This document shows, piece after piece, positions 25,701 through 39,460 of a stretch of DNA of 64,000 bases (the first letter of the stretch is position 1; each line of letters opens with the position of its first letter). The notes beneath the pieces were generated by a model. That model had not been told where the DNA came from. It did not search any database and worked only from the letters and a program-made list of their open reading frames with translations. A program made the position numbers and the translations under genes. Source of the DNA: Takakia lepidozioides (Eukaryota > Plantae > Bryophyta); the NCBI GenBank assembly GCA_030704615.1, contig CM060731.1:20522001-20586000 (forward strand). The letters are read 5' to 3'.

Positions 25701-28700
25701 CTGTATAGTGGTCATGCAATTGGAGTTGAAGCTCGAGGTTGGAAGCTTGGCAGGGACGTAAGTCAATTGGAGCAGAAGTGAATTGGGGGGTGCGTTTTCA
25801 ATGTCCTGAGGATGTAAGGCTTAACTTCTCCTCTTCCCTTTATTGCCCTGGTATACTGTGTGCTTCTTGCTTTGCATTGCTTCTGGTTGTAAGAACCGTT
25901 CTCTCACAGCTTCCTAGTTTCAGCCAAAGGTTTGGCAGTGTTTATGCACCCCCTTCATTGATGAGGAGGTTGATGGACCCTCTTTTAGCATATTTGCTAA
26001 AATTGCTGGGGGTTTTGTGCCAGTCAATCCTCCGCTTTTAGATTTCCTGAGTTCCTTTTCCATTCTGGGCATCTCTCCAAACCTTGTTAGGTTGTCAATG
26101 TTGATATTGGATGTCACGAGCAATGGTTTTAGTGCACCTCTGATACACTTATTACCAATTGTGAGGAGAGCATGCTTTCAAACCAGTGGTGAAAAGTGAC
26201 AGATGCAAGCTGCTGCGTGATGAGCGAAAGAAAGCTAACGTTGCAGTGTGTGCTTGGTTCTTACTATGAATTGGTTCTTATCTGAATTGTGATGCAGGCT
26301 CAACATTTTCTGTTCACACTAAGCAATGAAGTATCAGCACGCCTGCACAGTGCTGCTGCCCGGGGTCGGACCATTACACTTAAGGTTGGTAGAAGACACA
26401 ACATTTCATAACTTCTGTACTGCAATCATGAACTGAGCCATACCTACTAGTTACTCTGCTCTCAAAAGTAATGCCTGCTCTGCACTGGATTGAGCTCCTG
26501 GAACAATATTATCAGACCTTTTCTGAACTGGGAATTCTCTCTATTGTTGCATGTGTCTGTTTGATGGGTCTAGGTCAAGCGGCGCAAGGAAGGAGCGGGA
26601 GAGCCACCCAAGTTCATGGGATGTGGTCATTGTGACAATTTTAGTCGTTCAGAAACGGTAATTCTTTTGTTGAGGGTGTTAGCCTTTGTCATTTGTCCTC
26701 ACTTACAGAGATGATGTGAGGCGGAGTTCATGCTCCTAGTTTCCATTACACTGCTCTGATGTTGTTGGGCCAGGTCTGCCGGGGGAATATGCGTAGGCTT
26801 CACATAAGTTGATCATCATACAACATTGGGCAATCAGGGGGCTCTTATTCACTAGCTGCATTTAGAGCCCCCCCAGCCAGATTTACGAAGAAAGCTAGGT
26901 CTATAGTTGTACCTTCATGATAAACAGGCACATGGATTTGTGACTGGTTTAGATGATGGTGACATGGGCATACCTATAGTGCCCTCTGTGCTTGGCTTTT
27001 CATAGCTGACTTTGCAAACTCGGTGCAGGTTGCATATGCCACAGATAGTGCGGAAGTTCTGCTACGAGTGAGCCAGCAGATTTTTGCCCTTTTTAACCTG
27101 GGTATGTCATTCAATGTGCTCTTGTTCGTTTAATATCTCTGCGAGGAATAATCCACCAAGTAGAGTTGATTGACTTACCAGTATGAAGTCGTGAGTCAAC
27201 ACAGAGTTTGGTTGTGCTCCATGTGACAAGCTCTGGTTCTGTGTTATATTAACCTATGGGTATTCCAATGGTCATTGTAGCTTGACTCTAGCCTCCTGTG
27301 GGACATCTCTGCTGGGAATCAAAGGATCTTCAGGTATCATTGTCACTTGGTTGCCCCAAGTGTATATTGTCATTGTGTAAGTTGATTTGGACAAATATGC
27401 TTTGGAGCATTTGCTGTGATATGTACAGTAGGTCCACATCCTGGATATCATCTTGTCTCAAACTACTTTGTAGGGTGCAAACTACTTTCGTCCAAAATCC
27501 AAGGGTGAAATGGATAAGGACTTTAAATTATGCTGGTTTGGTCTACATGCAGAGTTCATTATTTAGAAGAATATGATTACTTGGCATATTGCTGGTGACT
27601 TGTAATTTCCACCTTGTACTACTACAACTCCTTGGTGGTCTATGTGCAGATGTAGCTGAAGTACGTGGGGTCGGCCTCCAGGTGACCAAGCTTGAACCAG
27701 TGACCTCCGGCCAAGCTTCTATAAGTATGCTTGTTCACCTGGTGTGGCTGTGATGATAAGAACTCGGCAACCTGCAGAAATTGTCAAGACTTAAATCATT
27801 GGCCCCCAGATTCATGTTCTATTGTATACCGCTTAGCCAATTCTGTAGGTAATTGTCACAATGTTAGCTGCATATGCCTGTCTTGAAATGAATTGTAATA
27901 CCAACAGACGTTCCTCATTCAAGTGGAACCTGGAATCCTTGTATTTTCCTATGAGGCTCTATTATGAATCATTTTTTATCAATGTGGCGGATGCAGGTGG
28001 CCACGGGCAACAGCGAGCACTTGAATCGTGGTTAGCTCCGCCAAGTAAGTCAGCTTCCGTGCAAGAGATCCCTGGAGTTGAAAACCAGACCAGTACACTG
28101 GATGGTAAGCCGGTAGCCACATCAATCCAACCAATTGTCCAATGCCGGAGTAACGAGGATTCAAAACCTCTTCCCATTCCCTCATCAGAAACAGCAGGGT
28201 TACAGTTTTCAGGTATTTGTGGTTTTTCCTCATGATTAGCATATGCTGGTATCATACAGGGCATGTTGCATGAAGTGTAGGAGATAAAAATCTTCTGATT
28301 TTGTTGTACTTGGCAAACATACAGAAACAGTTACATCCGAGGTGCAGCCAGGCGACCAAAGAACTCCCCAGATGGATGCACAGAATAGGAACTCTGTAAG
28401 AGTAAATGGTGGGGTAAACAGGATGGCTCAATCCCACTGGAAGGGAAAAGGTAAGAAACCAAAAAGTACGCCACTTGGATTACCTCCTGTATCAGAGATT
28501 GACTCAGCTGTTCTGGCATCTCTGCCTCCTGATATTCTAGCTGAAATTCAGGAAGCTTATGGGGGTCAGCTTCCTTCTCATGTTTTACCTCTTTCAAAGT
28601 CCAGGCATATGGGAGAATCAAATATAGCTGGCCCAAGCAAGGCTGAGCACAGTAGTATGCCCGGCCCAATATCCGATATGAATACAAAGGCAAATCAAGT

Positions 28701-30854
28701 TCCAAAGGTAGAAATAATGGCTGAGAGGATGAAGTTGGACCTTGCCGGACAATGTGATACTCATGGGAGCATGAGCAATCAGGCTTTGAAAACAGTCAAG
28801 CAGTCACCAGCATCTGAAAAGGATTTGGAGATAATGGCACTGCCACCAGCTTCGCAGGTAGGTCACCCTCTCTGTTATTTGCATGCACTAGATTAACAGA
28901 TTACCTTTATCAGGTTGCAAGGCTGTTTGTAGAATTCAGCTCACTTAGTTGGTCAGCCTCTTCTGTAATATCACCTTCTGTAGTCCCTAGGGGCTCCTCC
29001 AACCAGTCTTAGTATGCGATATGTGCACCTTGCCAAGTCTATTTGCCATGTCTGACTAACTCAGTACAAAACCTGAGCTGACAATGCATGTTATAACTGG
29101 TTGTACAATTTGAGGCACGGTGCGGGATTTTTGTGAAGAAACTTGTCATGATTCTACAGTCAGTGTAGACCAACTGATCAAACCTGCTATCATGGCAGTT
29201 GACTGTTCCATGTGCATACCTTTCTGTGCCTTTGACACTGAAGCAATATCTCAATCTCCCAGCCCCAAAAGCATGTGGCTATTGCCGCCACCCTGCCACC
29301 TTTCTTAGCCTAATGATGTTTATCTGAGCTCTCCAGCGAAGTGAGTAAAATCTCATATTTCCTAGTGGTTGTAGTTGGACCCGTCTGTTATGTCGGCACT
29401 TCCATTGTCAATGCGGCGTGAGATTGAAGGAGAGTACAAGTGGCAAGTGCGTGACAGGAGTGCAAGGGTCACTCTGGTTCGCAAGCATGTAAAGCAAGAA
29501 GAGACCAAGGTCTCTAAATGTCTTATTGAATCGAGTTCATCTGAGCCCATAGAGTTGCCAATCATTCAGCAAAGCAGTGAATCATCTCGATTCCATGACC
29601 TTTGGCTTGGGTCTCCGCCCAAGTGGGTCCACCTTTTCAAGGAGAGTAATGCTGCAGGTCAGTGCTGGCTTTGTGAGCTTGTGTATCCATGCTTATCTTT
29701 TCCCCACATGGCCCCATTTCACAGTTGTGATTCCTACGAGGGGTTTAATAGGAGTGTTTAGTTAATAGTATTTTAATGCGATAACTGCTTCCGTGAATGA
29801 ATTTTGTAGGTCTTCACATATATGAACTGGCTGACAGAAGTCTCTTCGTCAATGTTCCAGGCTCCAACATTCTGTGGGTTCTTTCAGAACTATACTCGAC
29901 GGTATCGTCATCCAAGTCTTTATCATCCATTCTTCTGTCTCTAAGTCCCCATGTTGCACAAGATGATTGCAGCTCTGGAAGAGAGGTATGCAGGATGGTA
30001 ATCAACAGCTGTGTGGAGTTGGTGAAACAGTATGCCCAAGTTACAGTGTGGCAGAATTTGGAAGAAGTATACATGGTTCTTCGTCTTATCAAGAGGTAAT
30101 TCTCACCTTCCTCTTTCCACCTCAAACAAACACCCCCCATGCTACACACGTTGGGTGTGTTATTATGTAGAGCCACAGGGAGGTTCTAAGGTCAGAACAC
30201 CATACAATTATGAGGGTCTCCTGAAACTCCCTATGAAAATGATGTCTCGCTTTGAGGTGCTGTAAACAACTCAGATTGTGGAGTGCCACACAAATAAATT
30301 GGATTGCTATGCTGCAGGTTTGGAGCTAAGTCCCAACTGTGGAGGAGTGTAGAGGATCACGCAGTGCCTGCCATTCAGGTACTGACTTTGGCCCTTGTTG
30401 CAGATTTATGGGATATATCACTGTGAGGTGATAGCAGGCTGTTTACTTCAACATCCTCCAAAGTTGACCTTCGTTGGGATTTGCAATGAATTTGGTTAGA
30501 TTTTGAGATGCTTTTACAAGCACAACCCATGCTAAGGCCAAGGTGTCTGTTAGAAAGTGGTTGCTAGGGCATTCTCACTGCAATTTTGCTCGGCAGTCTC
30601 CAGGCATTGGAATGAAGTCTGGCAGTGTTTAAGGTGCTTTTGTAGCATCGTTGTGTTGAGACTTTGATCATGATGTTGATTTGGTGTACTGTATTGCAAT
30701 GCCTCGGGGGAAGCAAAGGCTATAGAAGTATATGTAATCTAAATCGCTTTTTCTCGTGTTCTGAAACTTTCAGATTATGATGAGTAGTGGAAACCCTGAA
30801 CTGTGATTGTAGGTGATTGTTGGAGATTGTTATGGAGGTCATCTTGCCACCTAG
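19728..30854 (+). CDS. REV1: Y-family translesion polymerase / dCMP transferase REV1 (multi-exon)
   Basis: BRCT (GVSIWVDGFTIPSHQ|ELRHLMLCYGGVFENYF..THIICS), SRLHFIGTWRNRY, IIHIDM|DCFFVAV, AVSCDEAFLD, SAGIAGNMLLARLATRKAKPNG, RKSIGAEVNWGVRF, KFMGCGHCD, UBM-like LPP.SEIDSAVLASLP repeats, C-terminal NLEEVYMVLRLIKR. Last exon 30813-30854 VIVGDCYGGHLAT*. Confidence 0.96.
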
Positions 30855-32441
30855 TGCTGCAGAACACAAGGGTCTCCCTACTTTGCTCAACCGATAATCA
30901 AAGAATATTATCTGTGAATGCAAGTTCAAACTCGGAAAAAAGCAAAGGATCTCTCGGGACCTTGAATGCTTCTGTCTGCCACACCGAAATTGTAACACAC
31001 AAACACATTGAGGCCCTTGCCTCGGTGGGGCCCTGCAAAAGCATGCTACTTTGTAAGGGTTTGTAGTATAGTGTACCAAAATTAAAAATTGCCAAAACAG
31101 ACATTTTGAGATAACCCAATACAAGTTTTGTTACATCAGTCAAGGGTGGGAATTATGAATATATGGTTGATGGTGGGGAGAGCTGATGTTCAACTTTGAG
31201 AGTTGGGTTTTAATGATACCTTTTTTAAAGGCCAATTTCCAATGGTTCGATAATCTACTGATGAAGAGGGTGTCGTTTTGGTAGACATTCATGATTCACT
31301 ACTATCTTACTCTTTTTATTTTCCCCACTTTACACTCACCACACTAAGACTAAGAAGCGCCTGAAATCCGGTAGTGGTTGTTGTTCATTGGATTAATTTG
31401 CTCATTTGTTGTGCGGATATTGAAGTTATCTTGAGTTTGGTGGACCTGTAACTCGGGTTTCATTTGAGTACACACGGAAAGTAAAGCCAAACAGAGGGTG
31501 AGTATCCCAAACCCGGTATGAGTAAGTGAAATTGCCTGCTCCTTGACATTCTCAAAAGTTCAGAGGGGTGCGCTCCTCACACCCGTGCAGCCCGGCAAAA
31601 CGCAAACCGGGTATGAAACTCCTTTGACCCCTAGTTTTGGTGACGAAAGGAGTTTCATCCTGTCTTCTTTCCCAAAGTATTAGTTTGATCCCCAGTTTTG
31701 CAACTTGTCCCCTATTTTGGCCAAACTGAGGGTCACACTCACCCCCCAGTTTGTGGTACTTTACGGATCACTTTACTAATAGACATGGTCACATGAGTTC
31801 TCAGAAAGCTCAATGGCAGTCCATTATGCTCATATTCCCAGTGGCCAAAAGTTAGGAGGGCCTTTTCTAACATCCCAGCCCTCGGCCTAGCGATCATAAG
31901 AAGAATTGAAGTTACACCATTGTGTTGCCTGGTTGAGCTGATCGGCGCAAGCGATTGGGCTTGGCCTACCATTGAGCACATGGCTAAGTAACTGGTGGAC
32001 ACTTTATTAGACCAAGTTTAGTTTCTGCTCCCATTCTAGGCTGGTTTCATGGTGCCCAGTTACATTTCACTAAGGGAGGTGGCGGAGGGTCGGGTCGGGT
32101 GGTGTCGATAGAAAGAGCCGACTTTTCGCCGGCTGCTGTTGTGGCCGAGCACTGCTATGGCGCAAGAGCAAAGCTGCAGAGCATGGCAGACAGGGAAGCT
32201 GCTCCCTCCATAACAATGCTGAGAGACCTCATGCGAAATTGTAGAAGTATCAAATTCAGAGAGAGGAAGGATGTGATTTTTTATTGAAAATGGTGGTTTG
32301 GCAGATTGTAGAGCACCCAACTGTGGTGTTCTCATGTTGATGAGCATCTTCCCAAGCTGGGTTCGAGCTGCTGAGATTACATATTGAACAAGTTAGAGTA
32401 GAGATTTGCGCAGAACCCAAGAATCTGCTTGAGTTCTAGCC

Positions 32442-35400
32442 ATGAGAGGCGGGCCTGAACGCCGCGCCCTCGCTATCCTCACCAGATCTAGAGGGCCTGG
32501 TCTTTTCTCTCACAGTTTTTCATCGCAATCTTCTTCCGGATTTGGGAGGGGTCGAGGCCGGGGCTTTCCTGGTGACGGCAACGATCCTTTGAAGATTCGC
32601 TTTGGCGCTGGAGGAGAGGGGGGTCAAGGAGTGGGGAGAGGGAGGGGTGCTGCTCCCCCTACTGCACCCCCTACCTCTAATCCGCCTGTCTCTTTGAAGC
32701 AGTTTGTTCCTTGGAAGACTGAGAATGCTGCAGTAGAGAGAGCTTCCTCAAGTCCGCAGGTTAATGAAGTACACATGTATCTTTATCTCGTTTCTTTGCG
32801 CTGTGTGTGCGGGCTCCTTTTCCTATACTCGTTGGTCGAAGTGATTTTCCCTCTCGATATATCTCAGTGCCTCTCTGGCTACTCTTACTTTCGTAGGTTG
32901 GATGCTGAACCCGTGTGAATTTGACATCTTCACGTGCCCACACAGCTCTCTGAAGCGGACCAAAAGAGGGAGGATCGGTTTGATGACGCCGTTGCAGGAA
33001 CGCCAGTCAAGCCATTTGAGGGTTTATCGTCTCATTCGCCTCCCCTTGAAAAGCAAGAGTCGCCTCCAAGCACCATCCAACGTAGTGGTCCAGTGTTGCC
33101 ACATGCCAAAACAGGTACGCATTTTAGCAGTCTTAACACAAAAATTGAAGTATGAGTCTACATATTGTTGAAAGAGAACCCGTTGGTTGATTGTGAGAGG
33201 TCAATCGTTGCTCGACTTCTCAATGACCACCACAGGGTACTAACTTCTGCACTTGAGAGACTGATGTGGGCTCTGTAGCAGGTTATTGTCTTCTTTGTCT
33301 TAGAGTCATGGTTTGCAACCTAATTTATCCTTGCAGTAGATCAGGATTGTATGAGATCAGGGTTTAGGGTTTAGGTTTTAGGGTCGCAAAGCATTTGATG
33401 GAAGAACACTAAGAAATTTGCCAAAATCTAGAGCAATCCTCATTTCTTGAATGCATGTCTCAGGCTATGCATAGAAGGCTGCAAATAGTACTGTTCATTG
33501 ATGGTATTATTGCACTGTCAATTCCATCTAATTTGTCTACGGACACTTTAAAATCCTCTCCCTATGTTCAGCTCTAGGAAAGCAAGGGCATGGCTACATG
33601 TGAGAATTAACAAGGTTAGCTGGTGGCCCAGGAGACGATGGCCTTAGGGGGGCGGGTGATGCTCCCCCAGGGCAAAGAGCATCAAACCTGGGGTTGGTGG
33701 ACAGAGCATCCCCTGATCTCCTCAAAGTCACTGGTCGAGGCATTCCCTTCAATACTGATCGGTCAGTCCCTTTTGGCAAGGACCCAAGAAGTCAATCAAG
33801 AAGAGGAGCTGCAGTGGCAGAGAATTGGGAGACGCGAACACTGCCAAACACAGGGGTGTCCAGTGAACAACAAAGAGCTGGACAAGAGGGAGCTGGGAGG
33901 GGTCTGCCTTTGACTCATGCCCCCTCAAAGGAGCCTGCTGCAACAGTTGGTAGGGGTCACATCCCGCGCTCGTCATCACCAAGAATCTCTGATCGAACTT
34001 CAGGAAGTGAACAAAAGGTTGGAGGGTCTCTCAATGCTGAGAAAACAAGGACAAGCATATGGGGATCTCTTTCTCAGTATCTGGGAGCTCCAAGTAAAAA
34101 ATCGGGGTCTACTGCTGTCTCCGGACCTGAATCAGAAAGGTTGGGGGCAGCTCAGAGCTCCGTCACTCTTCAGTCTCCTCCTGTGCAACAGGCTGCAGAT
34201 TCACCCAAGGCTGGCAAGCAGGTTCTACCCCAGGCTCAAGATCCCATTGAACCTTCAATGCAGAGCTTGCCCCCGGCAGCTGCTGTTGAACCTCCGATGC
34301 AGAGCTTGACCCAGTCGACAGAGCCTCAAAATCAGGCAGCCAGGGCGTCCCAGAGTGTGCCCGCTTCTACTGAGGATTATCAAATCCCTCAAGTCCAACT
34401 GACAGGTACACAGGCTAATCAAGAGGTTGTGAAAAAGGGGAAATTTCAGTAGCCAGGAGGCTTCCTTGTGGGGTCAGTGGTGTGGCGGTAGATTAGGGTA
34501 TTGTCGGGAAAATTATTTGTGCACCCAAGTTTTGGTTATTTATTATCGACAGTTTTCCAGGCAGAAAATGACCTTGACAGGCCTTATTTCAATATATCCA
34601 TCTACCAGCTAATAGGTTTATGTAAGTAATAGGCTTGTTCAGGTTCTATTGGCCTTGCTCCTGTGATCCCAAGTTAGTTCACATTTGGTACCCTCCTGGG
34701 GCTTTTTGGTTGGCACATTTTGCTGTTTGAAAGTTATGGGTTAACGCCAACCTTACAAGTCATCGGCATGGTGCCCCCTATTTGCTGCAGATGAGAGCTA
34801 TGTGGCTATGATGAAATGGCACCACAAAGAAGGTCGTCTTAACGAAGTAGACAGGGTATATGAGGAAATGAAGGCTGATGGGGTCGAGGCGACAGTGCCT
34901 ACCTATAACTTCCTGATTCAAGTGTACAGTCAGACAGGCCAGTTTGACAAGATGGACAAAGTGTACAAGCAGATGCGGGAGGCTTTGACACGAGTAAAAG
35001 CGCCTGTGACAGAACCAAAGAGAGAAGAGACACTGACAAAAGAACAGGTCCCTACCAAACCAGTCATCAGTGCACCTGAAGCTAGCAAGAAAACCACTGA
35101 CATTGTATCTCCAAAAGTGAGACTACCACTTGTGGACGAAGCAAAGGATGATTTTCCCCCCCTGGAAAAGGCACCAGATGTGCAGCTCCAAGCTGTCGAG
35201 GGACCAGTTGCACGGGCTCCCCAAAGTTTCCAGCCAGCAGACACCATGCCTCAGTTTCCTAGGCCTGTGGAACAAGAGTCAAGGCCAGCCATACCATTGC
35301 CAGTACCTGAAGCACACAGTACTGAAAGTGAGAAACCCCAAACCTTAAGCCCTGGACAGCTATTTGCTCAGCGCCTTCAAGAGACCAAGACGTCACGTTC

Positions 35401-37866
35401 ATTTCGGGGTCTGCTTAAGCAACCGCCCCCTGGGGTTCTCTCTGAAGAATCTCAGAAGTTGGCAGAATCTCAACCCTCCTTGCCACCAAACTTGCTGTCA
35501 GGAATCTCCCCAGGTATTGTTGGTGGGGGAGCAGGCCGTGGAAGAGGGGCACCGCAGTTGGTTGATGTTGCTGGAGTGGGAGTAGGTCGTGGACGAGGGG
35601 CACCAGAAGTTTCACCTCCGCAGCCACAGGTTTCTCTAGAGCAGTCACAGGCTTCTACCCCAGGTCCCATCAAATCGACGGCAGCTGAAAGGGAGAAGCG
35701 AAGACAGAAATCACCGCACGCAGACCTCTCAATGGAGCAGAAAAGGGAGCGAGCTATGGCAGTGCTAGAAAAGGGCCTGGGGAGAAGAGAGGCACCTGCC
35801 CCGGTATGAAGCCTGTCAACCTTTCATTCATAGCCTGTATGGTACTTCTGCATTAGCGTCCATATCCTAAATACTGATGTTGGACATTCCACATATATGT
35901 GCAGAAGATGTCACCTCCACGGCCACAGCTTTCAAGAGAAGATGCAGTGCAGCGGGCTATGGCGGTCCTAGAGGAGGGGATTGAAAAAAATCAGGCCATA
36001 GAGGGAGAGAGGCGAAGGAAGGGGGGGGCAGTTGACAAATTCTCAGATGTGACAGACTTTGTTGCAAATAGGTTCCGTAGGAGAGAATCCAATTCTACAG
36101 CTACACCACAAGCGGCAAGCCCACAGAGCCAAAAAGATAGGGCGCAGAGGCAGCCCCGACCAAGACAGCGAAGGTTAATGGATTTTTTGGTTGTAGGAAC
36201 TTAAGTAGATTTTCGCGATGTTCACATCATTTGGTTTTGGTGCACACCACAAACTTTGAAGGTAAACTTTTGTTTTGTCCATCTGCTTGAACAGGCCTAT
36301 GGAAGAGGATGTGCCAGTGATGCCTGCAACTCTGCGAGAAATGACTCCAGAAGAAGAGGAGCACTGTAAGGCACTGGAAGAAGAGGAACAAATCAAGAGT
36401 GCATTGCATACCAAGTTTCTGGTAATTGCTTCATTATCACTATCGTGTGTCTGCGTTACCAGTAGATGGATCTGTCTTGCAGTGGTTGGGACTCCACAAC
36501 GTCACTTTGGCTATGGTATGGGCTACACTTACAGTCACTTTGGACAAATTGACTGAGTCGCGGTGGAGCAGATGGGCAGAACTGAGGCTGGCTTGTATTT
36601 TTATCTAATTGATGTTCTTTACTTGCCCTTAGGTTGCTTTTCCGAGTATGCAGATTGTACTTAATTTGATGACTGTAAGGAGAGGGCTTTACACTTGATA
36701 AGACAAATCTGGCTAGGAATGTCTGACCAGGATAACAGCCCGATTTCCTGAGTGAATGCGTGGTCTGTACAGAACGAAGTCATTTCCTTCACTGTATAGG
36801 TGGTTTCCCGTCCCAATTTTCAACATGAGACTCTGTATTAGACAAAGATAATACTTAAAATGTTTTCTTTTCTTTTTTGACAGCTGGATCTTGAACCTGA
36901 GTATGCAATGGAGAAATTCGGCACAAATCCAGACATTGACGAGAAACCACCCTTGTCACTGGAAGAAACTTTGGAGAGTGTCAAGCGTCATTTGATGCCA
37001 CCGGACATGACTGATGCTGAATGGCAGGTATGTTGATGTTGATGGATTGGCTGTCTGCATCAAACTGAGTCGCAGATCTGGGCTTTTGAAAGGTTCCTGA
37101 GTTGATGCAGGCGGACAAGTGTAATTTTGGTTGGGATCAAGACCATTGTCAAATATGAGATGGATGTACAAACTTTTCTTTGCACTTTCCATTTTGTGGG
37201 TTGAGTAATACAAGAATTGGTAAATTCATGAATCTGTTTTTGTGATGTGGCATAACAGGAAGAAGTACAAGATGTAATTGCAAGGGCACCTTCTCTGGAA
37301 AAGCTTGTTGAGATGTACGCGGGGCCAAGTCGATTGACAGCCCTCCAACAGAGAGAGAAGCTGCAGGCTATCGCCAGTACTCTACCTTCCCATTGTCCAT
37401 CTGAGCTACAAGATTTCACACAGTGTGCCCTTCTCACCCTCCAGGTTTGATGTCCTCTTTAGCTCCAGTTTTTGCTGTATGTATCATCTGTATTCTGGGT
37501 GGCATTGGCTGCACTGTAACAGCAGGTTGCTAAAATACATTCAGTCTTCTGGTGATTACTCACTGTTTAGTGAACGAGCTTGGGGACAAACAGAGGAGAG
37601 AGAGAAGTCAAGATGCCTAGCTGTTGGAGATGCAGGGTGTGTGGTGTTGAACTTACAGGGCTTTTTAAATTTGTACACATAAGACACACATGTCTGGTTT
37701 TGAAAGGGGCCAGGGCCAATCATTATTTGAAGCAAAGGTGGGGCCTATTTTCTGACACGGAAGGGGGCCAATGGGATGTTTGGGCATGCAGAACAATCCG
37801 GGCATGCGCTTCAAGGAGAAGCAGCGTCTGATGAACAACATTGTGTCTGGTCTTGCCTCTTATTAA
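32442..37866 (+). CDS. At1g53645-like mitochondrial (probable mitoribosomal small subunit) protein with GRGRG repeats and two embedded P-type PPR motifs
   Basis: Arg/Ser-rich presequence-like N-terminus, GRGRG motifs and long Pro/Ser/Gln-rich exons. Conserved C-terminal exons LEPEYAMEKFGTNPDIDEKPPLSLEETLE..WQ|EEVQDVIARAPSLEKLVEMYAGPSRLTALQQ..LLTLQ|NNPGMRFKEK..*, with TAA at 37864-37866. Confidence 0.8.
33359..33383 (+). repeat. Short interstitial telomeric repeat (TTTAGGG)n in an intron
   Basis: AGGGTTTAGGGTTTAGGTTTTAGGG. Confidence 0.7.
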
Positions 37867-38989
37867 AAGTTGTCTTCTACTCGGATTTATTTCTTCCACT
37901 CAGACGATTGCCATGCCTCAACGGTCAGTAACTTGGTCTCAGGTTTCCTTAACACGTCCCTTTCCAGATCCTGAGACTGCAGAGCTGGAGACATCTGTGT
38001 TCTCATGACCTTCTTCCTTCCCATAAGTGCATTCGATATTAAGGGATGGCATCATTGTTCTGTGTCATGGCAGGCTTACAATAAATTTTGGCAGTTCTAA
38101 GCTTGGTGCCGGCCACTCTGGCTGTGCCTTGATGAGTGCAAAATTCTCTCCTTTTGGTAGCTAGGGTGCGTTCACTGGAGAGGATCAGCATTTCAGCTCT
38201 GGATCCACAGAAGGTGGAAAAGGGCAAGTGAGTAGGTGGAGAAGAAATGGCAGTTGAAGCTTCCTGCCTGCACAATAGAAGGTTGTCTAAACCATGAGTC
38301 TGGGTCAGGCAGTGGCATCACAATTGCAAAATCCAAATCATAAAATTCCTAAACCAGACAGATTTGACATGCAGGGTTTGTTATTAGAGATAACCAGTCC
38401 ATTCAAAATTTATCCAAACCTCAAAAAGGAAGGACTGCCACAGTAGTTCAGCTTTGTATTTAATGTACTTCAAGCCTGTTGAGCAATGGCTCAAGACTGT
38501 CCTCTTTTAGAGTTCTCTGTTGGTCGGTATGATGAGACGGAAAAGCATTTTCCATCCATGTAAAGTTTACTCACTACTGTAGATTAATTTGTAACCCCAA
38601 GTCTTTGAGCATTGGGCATGGTTGAAATGTGTCTATCTTTCTAAAGTAAATTAGTTTGATCCCTAGTTCAATGAGGTAAAGCATCGGAGACCTCTTTGAC
38701 CTCTCTTTCTGTGTGCTGAGCAGTAGGCTCAGTAAATTCACTGGATGTTAAAGAATCTTTATCTTTATCTTTTTCTAGAGAAAGGGATGATTTATATGTG
38801 TCCTCCTCTTGACCATCCACACCCGCTAACGAAAGAAGAGGGATGTTATAGAGCCCACCCTTGCAAGTGGGTAGTACTTGCAAGGGGAAGAGGCACTAAT
38901 TTTGGTTGGTTTTGTCTCTCTCTCTCTCACAGAGGTTCAAGGAAGTTAGGCAGAAAACTTCCCTGAACTTGTTTCCAGTCTGTGACATG

Positions 38990-39460
38990 GGGGAGGACAT
39001 CGTGGATGACCTCAAGGGTCTACCCACTCTTGGCACTCAGGGCAGGAAGCCTACCTTTGAACAGCAAACAGAAGTAAAGAGGAAAGGGAGAGTGCAATTG
39101 CCCGTTGTGTGGGCAACCTGAAGATAACATTCATTTTCTGATTCACTGTCCGGGGTTCTCTCACCAGAGAGACGCTCTTCTCAAATCTATCAAGGGAATT
39201 GTACTTCTACCTCTGTTTACCAACTTTGAAAGTCTCGAGGCCGAGCCAAAAGCCCGGGCCCTTCTGGGGCCTAGTTATTGGGCAAACCACACACAGCAGA
39301 TTGATGCTTGTGTGAAAGGATTTCTAGAGGATATCTGGAAAACCTGGATCAATGTTTCATTTCAAGGTAAGTCTTACTACCGATGTCAGCCCCTGACAGA
39401 GGTAGGTTCTGTCCCTTTGGGCGCAGGTCAATGGCCACAAGGCTACAGCCAACAACATCT
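38990..39460 (+). mobile_element. 5'-truncated non-LTR retrotransposon (LINE) ORF2 C-terminal remnant
   Basis: CPLCGQPEDNIHFLIHCP (CCHC zinc knuckle) followed by ALLG..VKGFLEDIWK, typical of LINE ORF2 ends. Ends near a short CAACAACA tail. Confidence 0.7.
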
